Shown here: positions 46,344 through 57,212 of the stretch, one piece after another
Layout: the number at the start of each line of letters is the position of its first letter
How positions within the stretch are numbered: position 1 is the stretch's first letter
DNA from: an uncultured virus (IMG/VR IMGVR_UViG_3300021247_000307)
Lineage: Duplodnaviria; Heunggongvirae; Uroviricota; Caudoviricetes
IMG/VR virus record: IMGVR_UViG_3300021247_000307
Direction: 5' to 3' (one strand)
Length of the DNA: 64,000 nt
The notes under the pieces: model-generated
What the model was told of the DNA's origin: nothing
Databases searched by the model: none
What the model saw: only the letters and a program-made list of their open reading frames with translations
Made by a program: the position numbers and the translations under genes

Positions 46344-47348
46344 TTGCTTATGGAAATAGGAGATGATTTTCTACCAGAGTTAGATTTCGACTTTGAAGAA
46401 CAAGAGGATGAAGTTATTGATGATAAAGTAGTCAATGATGAGATTCCTGAAGAAGAAGATGAGGATGCTAGTCCTGATGATGATTCTGAAGATGAATTAT
46501 CAGATAATGTTGATACGGATGACAATGCTGTTGCAGCTTTTAATTATTACAAGGATAATAATTTTATTACTATCGACCATGAGTTTGATGGTACGTTTGA
46601 TTCATTGAAAGAAGCTTTGGACAAACAAGCACAAGTATCATTAGTAAGTGCTATACAAAACTTTCCACCTTTTTTACAACCTATTATTGAATATGCTACT
46701 CTTAAGGATGATGTAACTCCTGAAGAAGTAGCTAACTTTTTGATGCAATATCAACCACCTTCATTTACTGAACAAGATTTACAGAGTGATAATGATTTAG
46801 CTGAGAATTATCTTACTAACTCATTAAAAGCTGAAGGTCTTGATGATGAAGAAATTGAAGATAGAATTGATTACTTAAAAGATAGAAATCAATTAGCTAA
46901 AGAATCAATAAGACAGTTTAGAAAAGATGAGCAAGTTAGACAACAAGAAATGAATAGTCAACTTGAATACATTAGACAACAAGAACAAGTTGAACAACAA
47001 CAACAAGAAGTATTTGTACAAAACTTTGGACAAGTATTAAATAGTACAAACTGGAGAGATGACCATAAGCAAGTAATTGCTCATGAATTTACAAGTGGTA
47101 ACTTTAAGACTAGAATGGAACATGTATTTGAGAATCCTAAAGCATTAGTAAAATTAGTAGATTTTCTAGCTAATTATGATGGTGAAGATATAAACTTAGA
47201 TAGATACAAAAAATCAGCATTTAGTCCTTCAGTAAAAGGAGTTAAAGATACTGTAGAAAAATATTGGTCTAGTTCATCACTAGCTAATAACAAATCATCA
47301 AGAGGTGGAAATCCTAAAGTAGATTTATCAGAATTAGAACTTATATAA
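46344..47348 (+). CDS. acidic scaffold-like protein
   Basis: D/E-rich N-terminus and coiled coil; lies between portal and MCP. Confidence 0.65.
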   Translation: MLMEIGDDFLPELDFDFEEQEDEVIDDKVVNDEIPEEEDEDASPDDDSEDELSDNVDTDDNAVAAFNYYKDNNFITIDHEFDGTFDSLKEALDKQAQVSLVSAIQNFPPFLQPIIEYATLKDDVTPEEVANFLMQYQPPSFTEQDLQSDNDLAENYLTNSLKAEGLDDEEIEDRIDYLKDRNQLAKESIRQFRKDEQVRQQEMNSQLEYIRQQEQVEQQQQEVFVQNFGQVLNSTNWRDDHKQVIAHEFTSGNFKTRMEHVFENPKALVKLVDFLANYDGEDINLDRYKKSAFSPSVKGVKDTVEKYWSSSSLANNKSSRGGNPKVDLSELELI

Positions 47349-47360
47349 AATAATAATAAA

Positions 47361-48968
47361 ATGGAAAGAAAAACCGCTCTTAAAGTAACAGAATACAAAG
47401 GATTCGGTGGTAACTTCTTCGATAGTGTATCTCATAGTGCATTGTTTAGAGATGACCAACCTTATGACTTTGGTGTTATGACTGCACGTTTGTTTTCTAG
47501 TTCAACCAATTTAGGTTTAACTAACAAGCGTTGGAATTATTTAACTATGGCTCAAGGTAATTATTGTGTAATTCCTGGAGGTCGTAATGAGTATGCTTGG
47601 TCTGTCATTGGTGATGCTGATGTAGATTTTCGTGTTACTGAATTGTTAGTATCTGAAAATGCTAATCCTGGAAAAGGTAATACTACATTTGCTATTGCAC
47701 TAGACCGTAATTGGTTGAAAGCTCCAGTAGTACTTAAAACTGCATCTGATAATGCTCCATTGTTAGAGATTATATCTGGACCAGAACCACTTGGAACTCA
47801 CTCATTTAGATATGAAGTTAAGATTCAGGATGGTAATCCTAATAGCTGGATTCCTGTAGAATGGTTAAAACCTGGACAAGTAATTACTCGTGTATCTACT
47901 CGTGTAACTAATGAAGAAAATACTAAATATGGTACTGACCAATACTCAAGTCAAATGAAACTTCGTGGTGTTGTAGGTCAATATGCTAACGAAGTATCTT
48001 TTACAGATAGGTTTATTCGTATGGAATTATCAGCTAGTAAGTCTGGTAAATCTAATACTGGAACTTATGATGACCATGATGGTAAGAAATACAGAGATGC
48101 TTTCTCTCGTGGACATATCTATCAAGCTAGTTTGAAGAATAAAAATACTAATGAGATTATTCAAAAAGGTATGTTTATTACTAAAGCTGAAGAAAGATTG
48201 TTAGAGCGTACTGAGATGGATAGAGAAATGATGTGTGAATTTGGTAGATTACAAATTGATACTGACCAAGATTCTAAGAGAGTAAAGAAAACTGCACCAG
48301 GCTGGAGACAGTTAGTTCGTGATGGACAATATATGCCACATGGAGGTAACTTTACACTAAATAACTTATATGATTTCTTACATCAAGTACTATATCGTAG
48401 GAGAGGATTTATGAATCGTAAACCTATGTTAGTTGGTGGTACTGGAGCTATTAGTTACTTGTCAACACTTATTGCACAACAAGCATCTGTATTCCAGACA
48501 CTAGAGCCAGGTTTTGCTTTAAGAGATAATGCTGAACCTACTGGAGTACATAAGTATGAGAAAGAATGGGGATTTCAGTTTACTCGTATCAAGTTACCAA
48601 TGGGTATTGATGTAACTATTATGTATGACCCATCTAAAGATGATGATACATTATACAAAGAGAAAGCACCAGGTTCTTACTTACCACTAGAATCATTTCA
48701 AATTGATATCCTAGAGTTTGGACAAACTGAAAATGCTGCTGAAAACTCTAATGGTAATAATATTTGTATGGTAATGGAAGATAATATTGACTACTATTTC
48801 TCTGTAGCTAACGCTATTGACTTTAAGAATGGTATTGTTAAAGATGGTTCTAATGCTTACAAGTTTGGTAAAACATTAAGTATTTATAGAGAAATGAGTG
48901 GTTCATTAAATATTTGGGATACTAGTGCGGTAGGTCGTATTGAGTGGGTTCCAGGTTATGTATCGTAA
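47361..48968 (+). CDS. major capsid protein
   Basis: 535 aa, strong codon bias (CGT, GGT), crAss-like synteny; NEYAWSVIG, TAPGWRQL, GGTG, WGFQF. Confidence 0.82.
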   Translation: MERKTALKVTEYKGFGGNFFDSVSHSALFRDDQPYDFGVMTARLFSSSTNLGLTNKRWNYLTMAQGNYCVIPGGRNEYAWSVIGDADVDFRVTELLVSENANPGKGNTTFAIALDRNWLKAPVVLKTASDNAPLLEIISGPEPLGTHSFRYEVKIQDGNPNSWIPVEWLKPGQVITRVSTRVTNEENTKYGTDQYSSQMKLRGVVGQYANEVSFTDRFIRMELSASKSGKSNTGTYDDHDGKKYRDAFSRGHIYQASLKNKNTNEIIQKGMFITKAEERLLERTEMDREMMCEFGRLQIDTDQDSKRVKKTAPGWRQLVRDGQYMPHGGNFTLNNLYDFLHQVLYRRRGFMNRKPMLVGGTGAISYLSTLIAQQASVFQTLEPGFALRDNAEPTGVHKYEKEWGFQFTRIKLPMGIDVTIMYDPSKDDDTLYKEKAPGSYLPLESFQIDILEFGQTENAAENSNGNNICMVMEDNIDYYFSVANAIDFKNGIVKDGSNAYKFGKTLSIYREMSGSLNIWDTSAVGRIEWVPGYVS

Positions 48969-48994
48969 ACAAATAAAAACAATTATTAAAGCCT

Positions 48995-50089
48995 ATGATT
49001 AAAGGACAAAAAATCTACGTGGTTCATGTACCACGTACATCAGCGCAAGGGAGACATACTTACGAGTATAAGCGTGATGATGGAACTACTATTTCGATGG
49101 GAAGAACTAGGTCTAAAGGAATATCTATACCTTTTAGTTTTGTTAGAAATGGAAACCAGTTGTTAACAGGATTAGATGAATTGATTGACAATCCATACTA
49201 TGAGTTATCAAAAGACCAAATCAATTTTGGTAGCAACTGGTTCTCTAATTTCGATACTGTAACTAAACAGAAACAGATAACTCTACAGATGTTATATGAA
49301 ATCATGGATGATATGTCTGCTGGAACTTATACTTCTACAACAAATACTCCAATGATGAGTCAAATCATGAATGATGTAAAGATTGCTGATAGACTTAACA
49401 ATCAATCAGAATTAGAACAATTCAAGATATGGCTACAAGAAGGAACTAATGTGTTTTCTTCTGATACATCAAGAGGTAGATTAGCTATTCAACTTCTTAA
49501 AAATCATCCAAAGATAGCTTTAGATAAGAATCAAGTAAATGAGAACATTCACGAGTTTTATATTGCTGAAGAAGAAGAAGCTATTAAGGAAGCTAATAAG
49601 AAGATTGATATTGTTATGGATGGACTTACAAAGTTAGGATTATTGTTTGCTAACTATGATATGTTTACTAGATACCAAATGTCTGTAGTTATGGATTTAG
49701 TTACTGGAGAAGCATCTGATTCTCTAGTAGAAATGTCTTTAAAGAATCACATTTGGGAACAACGTAAAGTATCTAAAGGAACTCAAGATGAACGAATCAT
49801 GCAGTTCTTAGAACAATACGATTTACTATTGAAAGATAAGGATAAAGTTTACATTCGTTACATGATTCAACAAGCTATCAATACTGGAATCTTCTATATT
49901 ACAGGAGGAAAACACTTTTGGAGAAGTCAAAAAGGAATTGAAAATCTGTATAACTTAGGAGCATCTAAAACAAAGATTGAGAATATGTTGTATCAAGAAA
50001 TGGAAGCGTATGACCCTGATTTAACTGATGATAATGTATATCACAAACTATTAAGTGAATTAAAACAAAAAGGAATTAAATGCCGATAA
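48995..50089 (+). CDS. conserved virion-module protein
   Basis: Follows MCP as in crAss-like genomes; LLTGLDE motif. Confidence 0.6.
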   Translation: MIKGQKIYVVHVPRTSAQGRHTYEYKRDDGTTISMGRTRSKGISIPFSFVRNGNQLLTGLDELIDNPYYELSKDQINFGSNWFSNFDTVTKQKQITLQMLYEIMDDMSAGTYTSTTNTPMMSQIMNDVKIADRLNNQSELEQFKIWLQEGTNVFSSDTSRGRLAIQLLKNHPKIALDKNQVNENIHEFYIAEEEEAIKEANKKIDIVMDGLTKLGLLFANYDMFTRYQMSVVMDLVTGEASDSLVEMSLKNHIWEQRKVSKGTQDERIMQFLEQYDLLLKDKDKVYIRYMIQQAINTGIFYITGGKHFWRSQKGIENLYNLGASKTKIENMLYQEMEAYDPDLTDDNVYHKLLSELKQKGIKCR

Positions 50090-50808
50090 ATATAGATTTT
50101 CTCCATTTCAAATTGGAACAAGGTTATAATAAGTTATCTAATAATCACCAGAAGTATCTTACTGATGTTGAAAAGGATGAAGTATTAAATACTGCTATAT
50201 TTGAGTATTTGGAGATATTTATACATGGTAGAAATCCTAAGAATTTTAATATAGGTTTTGAGGTTACTCAACAAAGAATTGATATGTTGCACACGTTAGT
50301 TGTATCATATCCAGAATTTCCTAAACAAGAGTTAACACTACTAGATGATAAGATATTCTATTATGAATTTCCTAAAGACTATAGGTCTTATCGTAGTGCT
50401 AGAGTTTTTGAAGTTAGATGTGATATAGCTTACGATGTGAACATAGAACAACACGGAGATTTAGCAACTACAAGACGTTCATTTCATAGAAGAACATCCA
50501 AAAGATTTCAATACATTATAGGAACAATTAGGAATAACAGACTGTATTTATATCCTGAAGATGAGTTAACTCCTAGTAAGTTAGAATTAACTTATATAAG
50601 AAAACCAGCTAAAGTATGTAAAGGAACATATCCAAGTCTTGAAAATAGAAATGCAGCTAATCCTCCATTACAATTAAAACAAGACTGTGACCTTCCTGAA
50701 GAATATGTAGATATAATAGTTAGTATTGCTGTACAAGAATTAGCAAGAAGATTTAGTGATGGCAATACTAAAAACATTCAAACCGATAAACTCATAAATT
50801 TAACATAA
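50080..50808 (+). CDS. head-tail ring / tail tubular protein
   Basis: EKDEVLN, GFEVTQQRIDML, PKDY, LTYIRKPAKV, CDLPE..IVSIAV. Confidence 0.7.
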   Translation: MPINIDFLHFKLEQGYNKLSNNHQKYLTDVEKDEVLNTAIFEYLEIFIHGRNPKNFNIGFEVTQQRIDMLHTLVVSYPEFPKQELTLLDDKIFYYEFPKDYRSYRSARVFEVRCDIAYDVNIEQHGDLATTRRSFHRRTSKRFQYIIGTIRNNRLYLYPEDELTPSKLELTYIRKPAKVCKGTYPSLENRNAANPPLQLKQDCDLPEEYVDIIVSIAVQELARRFSDGNTKNIQTDKLINLT

Positions 50809-50809
50809 T

Positions 50810-52534
50810 ATGAAAAGAACTCACAAGCCGTATCAAGAATATTTTCTTGTTGCGAAGGGTAATCAAGGACTTCCTACTGACAATGCTGATTTTATTACAG
50901 GTAATACTGTAAATCTTGGTGATGGTCAAATTGGTATTCTTGATGTAAAAACCAACAAATTAGTTAAAGGTAGTGATGTTACTGTAGCTAATTATCCTGC
51001 TATTAAATTAGTTGCTGGTACTCCAACATCTGCTGATTTTAGTAAGAACTATGGATGGCATATTGGAGAAGTTAAACCATTTTTAGAAACTCCAATCATT
51101 GACAGAAGTCATACAGTACAATCTGTAACTGCAAGTTTAACTCCAGTACAATCTAATTCAGCTGTTTACATCGATGGTGTATCAGTACCTGTAGCTTCTG
51201 TTGCAGCAACAAGTTCAGTAGCAGCATCAGTAAAAACTTATGGTGTTAATATTTTATTCCGTTCTGTTCGTAAGGATAGGGATTATGGTAATAACATTGA
51301 TAAGTTAATTACTAGCTATGATACTCCTACTACATTAGTTGGTTCTAACGATGCTGAAAAGAAATCTTATGTACTAGCTAAATTGATTAGTAGAATCAAT
51401 GCTCAATCTAAATTGAATACACTTCAACCACAATGGGCTAATATTGCTGCTAAGAAACATGTTATTGCATTAGGTATTAACTTAGATGGAACTGGAACTG
51501 GAACTGCTATTGCAGGAATTAAGACTGGTGATTCTATTAACGTAATGAGTACTACTAATGGTACTTTAGCTATTACAGTTACTGCTGGTATGGTACAAGC
51601 ATTACATAATTTCATTCAAAAGAAATTAGTTGTTACTGGTGCTGCTTATCCGTTAGCCGAAGTTATTACTGTTAATGTAGATACTGTAAATGGTGGAGAT
51701 ATTGATGGTATTTTACTTGTAGCATTAGACCATGATACAGCTGTAGCTTATGATGATATCTATGGAGTAAAACCTACTATTGATGTTACTGTTGGTGGAT
51801 TTACTGATTATACTGTAACTACTGTATCTTCAGCTATTGAACCAGGTGGTAGTGGTAGATTATTTAAGATTGCATTTGATGAAAGAGCTTATGCACAATA
51901 TGGTAATCACCAACTAACAGGATTTGCTGATGAGTTAATTAAAACTCCATCTTACATCGATGAAACTAAGAGTTACTCTGCATACATCATTGATTTGTAT
52001 AACAAAGATGAGAAGTATGATGATTCAATTCACCACCAAACTCGTATTTGGATTTTGTTAGAAACTACATTGAATACATCAACTGCAACTGCTGATGCTG
52101 GAATTATTCCTACTATTACTGAAACAACTTTAGTAAGTGATTTGAATACTGCATTAGGTCCATGGTTAAATGGTTTAACTCCTGGTTATAATGCTAACAA
52201 TACAGGTATTGGAGCTGGTGTTGCTGGTACATTAACTATTACTTCAGTTCCATTTGTTAGTACAATCAATACTACTAATAGTGCTACTGTTGCTCAAATG
52301 GGTAGTGGTGTAGCTGTTGCTGGTTTAAATCTTACTGGAATTGCTACTGCTGATGTAAGTATTATTAATACAAGTGGTGGTGTAGTTGCATCTACTGTAT
52401 CATCTGGAAGTGCTACTGGATTTACTTTAACAAGTACAATTACTGCTGGTGATTATTTCTTGAAAGTAACTGAAGTTACTGAAACAGATGCACAACCTTA
52501 TGTAACATTTAAGAAATTTACTGTAACTGTGTAA
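50810..52534 (+). CDS. abundant structural protein (auxiliary capsid-like, Ig-like C-terminus)
   Basis: Strong codon bias, EPGGSG motif, T/V/A-rich tail, followed by a terminator. Confidence 0.6.
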   Translation: MKRTHKPYQEYFLVAKGNQGLPTDNADFITGNTVNLGDGQIGILDVKTNKLVKGSDVTVANYPAIKLVAGTPTSADFSKNYGWHIGEVKPFLETPIIDRSHTVQSVTASLTPVQSNSAVYIDGVSVPVASVAATSSVAASVKTYGVNILFRSVRKDRDYGNNIDKLITSYDTPTTLVGSNDAEKKSYVLAKLISRINAQSKLNTLQPQWANIAAKKHVIALGINLDGTGTGTAIAGIKTGDSINVMSTTNGTLAITVTAGMVQALHNFIQKKLVVTGAAYPLAEVITVNVDTVNGGDIDGILLVALDHDTAVAYDDIYGVKPTIDVTVGGFTDYTVTTVSSAIEPGGSGRLFKIAFDERAYAQYGNHQLTGFADELIKTPSYIDETKSYSAYIIDLYNKDEKYDDSIHHQTRIWILLETTLNTSTATADAGIIPTITETTLVSDLNTALGPWLNGLTPGYNANNTGIGAGVAGTLTITSVPFVSTINTTNSATVAQMGSGVAVAGLNLTGIATADVSIINTSGGVVASTVSSGSATGFTLTSTITAGDYFLKVTEVTETDAQPYVTFKKFTVTV

Positions 52535-52551
52535 TTAACGAATAAATATAT

Positions 52552-52584
52552 AGCTGGTAGTATTAAGTTACTACCAGCTTTTTT
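52552..52584 (+). terminator. intrinsic terminator
   Basis: AGCTGGTAGTA/TACTACCAGCT followed by a T run. Confidence 0.8.
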
Positions 52585-52597
52585 AAAATAATAAAGA

Positions 52598-55500
52598 ATG
52601 AAAAGAATATTATTATTATCATTACTATTATTACCAATAATAGCTTTAGCACAATATCCTACTTTTAGCAATAAACAAAAACTAGGAGTACAAACTACTG
52701 GTGATGGTTTAATATTTAGAGGAGGTATTCATCCTAATTACTATACTCCAAGTAATATTAATAATGCTTATTTTTATTTAGATACAACAACAAGTAAATT
52801 ATATTTATACAATGACATTACTTGGCAACAAATATATCCTACAGCATCTGATACAATATCATTAGGTGCTTATTTACTCAAGAGTGACACTCTATCAATG
52901 TTACTCCCCTATTTAAGAAAATCAGATACTATTAGTTTATCTAATAGAATTAATAATAAATTAAATGCTACTGATACAGTATCACTTTCAAACAGAATAA
53001 ATCTAAAATTAAATAAGACAGATACTATAAACTTATCAAATAGAATAGACTTAAAACTTAATAAATCAGATACAATAAGTCTTTCAAATAGAATAGATAT
53101 TAAATTAAACCCGAGTGATACTGTATCATTATCTAATAGAATTAATACTAAATTAAATAGTAATGATACTATAAATCTTTCTAATAGAATAAATAAAAAG
53201 TTAGATACATTATATATAAACTATCAAACTAATGTAGATTTACTAACTAATAAAGATACAATAAATATAACTCCATTAGAAGCTGGTGCAGGAATTAATA
53301 TTACAAACAATGTTATAAGTTTAGATACTACATTATTAGATAGTGTAGTTAGAGTACAAAATGTATATGTAAAGAATGGTACAGGTACTGTATTAAATAA
53401 AGGAGAAGCAGTATATGTTACTGGAGCTGATGGTACTAATATTGTAGTAGGTAGAGCTTCTAATGTTGCAGAATCAAGTTCTAGTAAAACATTAGGACTT
53501 ACAATGACATCAATTCCTGTAAATGGTTTTGGTTATGTAATTAAAGAAGGATTATTAGCAGGATTAAATACTAATTCAGCAAATGATGGAGACCCAATAT
53601 GGTTAAGTAATATACCTGGAGGATTAATATTTGGTTTAACTAATAAACCTTATGCTCCTAATCATTTAGTTTATTTAGGAATAGTAACTAGAAAACAACA
53701 GAATAATGGTGAAGTATATGTTACTGTACAAAATGGATTTGAAATAAAAGAGTTACATGATGTACAAATAATTGACCCAGTTAATAAAGCATCATTATAT
53801 TATAATTCATCTCAAAGTTTATGGAGAGATACTACAGCTGCATTACTTGTAAGTGATACAGCTAGTATGTTATCTAAGTATGTAAATACTTATTCTAATC
53901 AAACTGGAATTAATGGTGATAAAACATTTAATAATGTTGTTACTATTGATTCAGCTACTGTTACAGGAAAATTATTAGTTAGTACTAATATCAGTGATGC
54001 AGTAAAAATAAGTAGTAATACTAATTCTACTAATCTTGAATTAATGAATAGTAGTGGTACTGTATCAATTAAGTCTAGTAATAAGAATATGATATTACAA
54101 ACAGATACTACTGCTTTAGTATATCTTAATGGTAATAATAAGAAAGTTGGTATTCTTACAATGAATCCACAACAAGAATTACAAGTTGCTGGAAATGTTA
54201 GAATTGATAGTTTAAATAATAATATTGTTCCTACAAGAATAGTTGGTAGTGATAATAATGGTGATTTAACTAATGTAAATCTTGGAGAAGGTTTATCATT
54301 TATTAATGATACACTTAAAGTTGATTTAACTATTATTGATACAGCTATTGCTGCTAGTTCTATTACTCTAGCTGGACATGTTACTGGAACTGGTTCAACT
54401 AATTCAACTGTAAATACAACTATAAGTAATGGAGTTGTTACAAATGATATGTTAGCTGGTGGTATATCTGATACTAAATTAAATACAATAACTACAGCTG
54501 GTAAAGTAGATAATTCAGCAACTACAGCTACATCATCACCTATTAATAATACTATTGTATTAAGAAATGGTACTGGAGATTTTACTGCAAGAAATATAAC
54601 AGCTACTAATTTTTATGGATTAGCTAGTATAGCAACTTTAGCAAATACTATTCAATCAACTAATACAACAGGAATTATTAAATTAACTACATCGAGTAAT
54701 TCAGTATTACCAATAATAACAGTACCTGATGTTAATGCTACAATGGCAACTACTAATTTAAGTCAAACATTTAGTGGAACTCAAACATTTAGTAATACAA
54801 TTAGTGGTAGTATTAATGGTAATGCTGCTACAGTTACAAGTGTATTACCATCTAACTTTGCAAGTCAAACAGCTAATACAGTATTAGCTGCACCAAATGG
54901 TTCTAATGGTACTCCTACATTTAGGTCATTAGTATCATCTGATATTCCTAGTTTAAATTATTTACCTTTAAGTGGTGGAGTATTAAGTGGAGGATTAACT
55001 GGTACTACTGGAACATTTACAGGACTAAATATAAATAATACAACTACTGAGGGTATATTTACTTTGCAAGGATATGACAATAATACAGCTACAAGAATAC
55101 AATTTAAAACTGGTAATATTGTACGTCAAGAAATAATAAAACCAACAAGCGCGTCTAATTTACAATTTAGAAGCTATCCAACAGGTACTGCCTATGGAGG
55201 TTATGAATTTTATGTATCAAATGGTTCAACGGAATCTTTAGCAGCAACTATTGGTATAGATAAATCATTATCATTAACAGGTGCACTTGGCGTAACAGGC
55301 GCAACGACATTATCAAGTACACTTGGTGTAACAGGTGTTACTACTTTGTCTAATAGTTTATATGGTACAAATCAAGGTTTAAGCACTAATCTAACTATAA
55401 GCGATATAATTCCTGGAAATTCAGCACCATTATTTACAACTATTACAACTGGTCCTTCATCAAGTGAAACAGTAAGATTTGGATTAAATCAAAGTTTAAG

Positions 55501-56986
55501 CGGTGGTGCAAATATGTTTATGGGTGGAACGCAAGGTTTAGGAGGAAATCCAACAAATCCAAGTATATTTTTTACTGATTCACGGAAAGCATACGCAAGT
55601 ATTGGTGGAATACATACAAGTGGTGGAACTAATAATCAATCTGGTCATATAGTATTTAATACTACTCCTTCTGTTAACAGTGTTCCATTAACTGAAAGAA
55701 TGAGAATAGCTCAAGATGGTGCTATAACAATGGGTGGTACACTTGGTGTAAGTAGTAATATTACTGCAAATAGTTTTATTAAATCTGGTGGATTATCAAC
55801 TCAATTTCTTAAAGCAAATGGTAGTGTAGATGCTAATACATATTTAACTACATCATTAGCTGCTTCAACTTATTTGCCATTGACAGGGGGAACATTGACA
55901 GGAGGGTTAAACGGAACAACTGGAACATTTAACACAAGGCTTGGCGTTGGTTCATTTGCTGGCTCTCCTTTACTTTTTGCAAGTGGCACAGGAAACCAAG
56001 AAGTCCATTTTGCTCATTCTCAAAATATAGCAGGTGCAACTGTAACGCTTAGATTAACGAATACTGATGCAACTCATTACACTCAAGGTGCATATTTTCA
56101 AGGTATAGTTAATCGTGGCATTAATGAAATGTCTGGTGCTTTAGGCACAAATGGTTCAGAGTATATAAGATTAAGAGGTGTTGATGATGGAGGCGTTGTT
56201 GGCGTTGGTATTTTTAATACAAATCCTTCTTATAATTTAGATGTCACAGGTACATTTAGAGCAACAAGTACAACAGTTTTATCTAGTCTTGGAGGTAGTG
56301 GTAACAGAATGGTTGTAACAGATAATAATGGAGTATTATCAACTCAAGCAATACCTACATCAACTGGTACTGTAACTAATGTAAGTGCTAATTCTACAAC
56401 ACCAAATGGATTATCAGTTGCAACAGGAACAACTACTCCAGTTATAAGTATAGCATTAGCAGACAATGGAATAACAGGAGTAGTAAGTAATAATACTCAA
56501 TCATTTAGTGGTTCTAAAACATTTATTAATAGTGTTGATGTTAATGGTTTTACATCAGCAAATGGTGGATTAATTGTTAACGCTAATGCTTCTACTAGTA
56601 CTTTAACTCGATTAATAGGGATAAGTGATGCTAATGGAATAGGAAAAATAACTACAGGTTCAGGTTTATCATTGACAAATGGTGTATTGTCTGTAAATAA
56701 TAAAATTACAGACATAAATACTTCTCAATATACTATTTTGGCAAATGATTTTTACATAGATAATTTTAATAATTCATCAACAACAATTATATTACCTTTA
56801 GCAGGATTAAATACATTTAGAGAATTAAAATTTAAAAACTCATCCAGTGGTGCATTAATAGCAAATGGTAATATTATTCCTTTAAGTGGAAGTGGAACAA
56901 CAACTACAATATTACCAGCAACTAACGCTAAATGGTGTACACTTGTAAGTGATGGTTCTTTTTGGAGAATTATGCAATCAAATTAA
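52598..56986 (+). CDS. fibre/adhesin-like protein with signal peptide
   Basis: MKR-hydrophobic-ALA|Q signal; DTxSLSNRI repeats; YLPLxGG, ERMRI, VGIxxxNP fibre motifs. Confidence 0.7.
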   Translation: MKRILLLSLLLLPIIALAQYPTFSNKQKLGVQTTGDGLIFRGGIHPNYYTPSNINNAYFYLDTTTSKLYLYNDITWQQIYPTASDTISLGAYLLKSDTLSMLLPYLRKSDTISLSNRINNKLNATDTVSLSNRINLKLNKTDTINLSNRIDLKLNKSDTISLSNRIDIKLNPSDTVSLSNRINTKLNSNDTINLSNRINKKLDTLYINYQTNVDLLTNKDTINITPLEAGAGINITNNVISLDTTLLDSVVRVQNVYVKNGTGTVLNKGEAVYVTGADGTNIVVGRASNVAESSSSKTLGLTMTSIPVNGFGYVIKEGLLAGLNTNSANDGDPIWLSNIPGGLIFGLTNKPYAPNHLVYLGIVTRKQQNNGEVYVTVQNGFEIKELHDVQIIDPVNKASLYYNSSQSLWRDTTAALLVSDTASMLSKYVNTYSNQTGINGDKTFNNVVTIDSATVTGKLLVSTNISDAVKISSNTNSTNLELMNSSGTVSIKSSNKNMILQTDTTALVYLNGNNKKVGILTMNPQQELQVAGNVRIDSLNNNIVPTRIVGSDNNGDLTNVNLGEGLSFINDTLKVDLTIIDTAIAASSITLAGHVTGTGSTNSTVNTTISNGVVTNDMLAGGISDTKLNTITTAGKVDNSATTATSSPINNTIVLRNGTGDFTARNITATNFYGLASIATLANTIQSTNTTGIIKLTTSSNSVLPIITVPDVNATMATTNLSQTFSGTQTFSNTISGSINGNAATVTSVLPSNFASQTANTVLAAPNGSNGTPTFRSLVSSDIPSLNYLPLSGGVLSGGLTGTTGTFTGLNINNTTTEGIFTLQGYDNNTATRIQFKTGNIVRQEIIKPTSASNLQFRSYPTGTAYGGYEFYVSNGSTESLAATIGIDKSLSLTGALGVTGATTLSSTLGVTGVTTLSNSLYGTNQGLSTNLTISDIIPGNSAPLFTTITTGPSSSETVRFGLNQSLSGGANMFMGGTQGLGGNPTNPSIFFTDSRKAYASIGGIHTSGGTNNQSGHIVFNTTPSVNSVPLTERMRIAQDGAITMGGTLGVSSNITANSFIKSGGLSTQFLKANGSVDANTYLTTSLAASTYLPLTGGTLTGGLNGTTGTFNTRLGVGSFAGSPLLFASGTGNQEVHFAHSQNIAGATVTLRLTNTDATHYTQGAYFQGIVNRGINEMSGALGTNGSEYIRLRGVDDGGVVGVGIFNTNPSYNLDVTGTFRATSTTVLSSLGGSGNRMVVTDNNGVLSTQAIPTSTGTVTNVSANSTTPNGLSVATGTTTPVISIALADNGITGVVSNNTQSFSGSKTFINSVDVNGFTSANGGLIVNANASTSTLTRLIGISDANGIGKITTGSGLSLTNGVLSVNNKITDINTSQYTILANDFYIDNFNNSSTTIILPLAGLNTFRELKFKNSSSGALIANGNIIPLSGSGTTTTILPATNAKWCTLVSDGSFWRIMQSN
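52925..53191 (+). repeat. six 48-nt (16-aa) coding tandem repeats
   Basis: DT(I/V)(S/N)LSNRI x6 at a 16-aa period. Confidence 0.9.
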
Positions 56987-57044
56987 AAAAGGAATAAACT
57001 ATTATTCAACTAATTGTATTATATTTGTAACTAAAAATAAAGTT

Positions 57045-57122
57045 ATGTTATTATTACTAAAAGGATTAATTGTAGCAGCGTTTATAATGTTATCATTTAT
57101 ATTCAATACTCAAAGATATTAA
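57045..57122 (+). CDS. 25-aa hydrophobic peptide
   Basis: MLLLLKGLIVAAFIMLSFIFNTQRY after TATATTTG at 57020-57027. Confidence 0.4.
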   Translation: MLLLLKGLIVAAFIMLSFIFNTQRY

Positions 57123-57212
57123 AGAATAGGTTTGTTGCAGCAGGAATCGCTACCTTAGGCTAAACCATCGGGAGAAGTAGGTGAAACTTCTCCCAAATTT
57201 AAAACTAAAAAT

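Noticed and set aside
52925..53191. CRISPR-like array
   Set aside because: These are in-frame coding repeats with synonymous variation and no unique spacers; no cas genes are present
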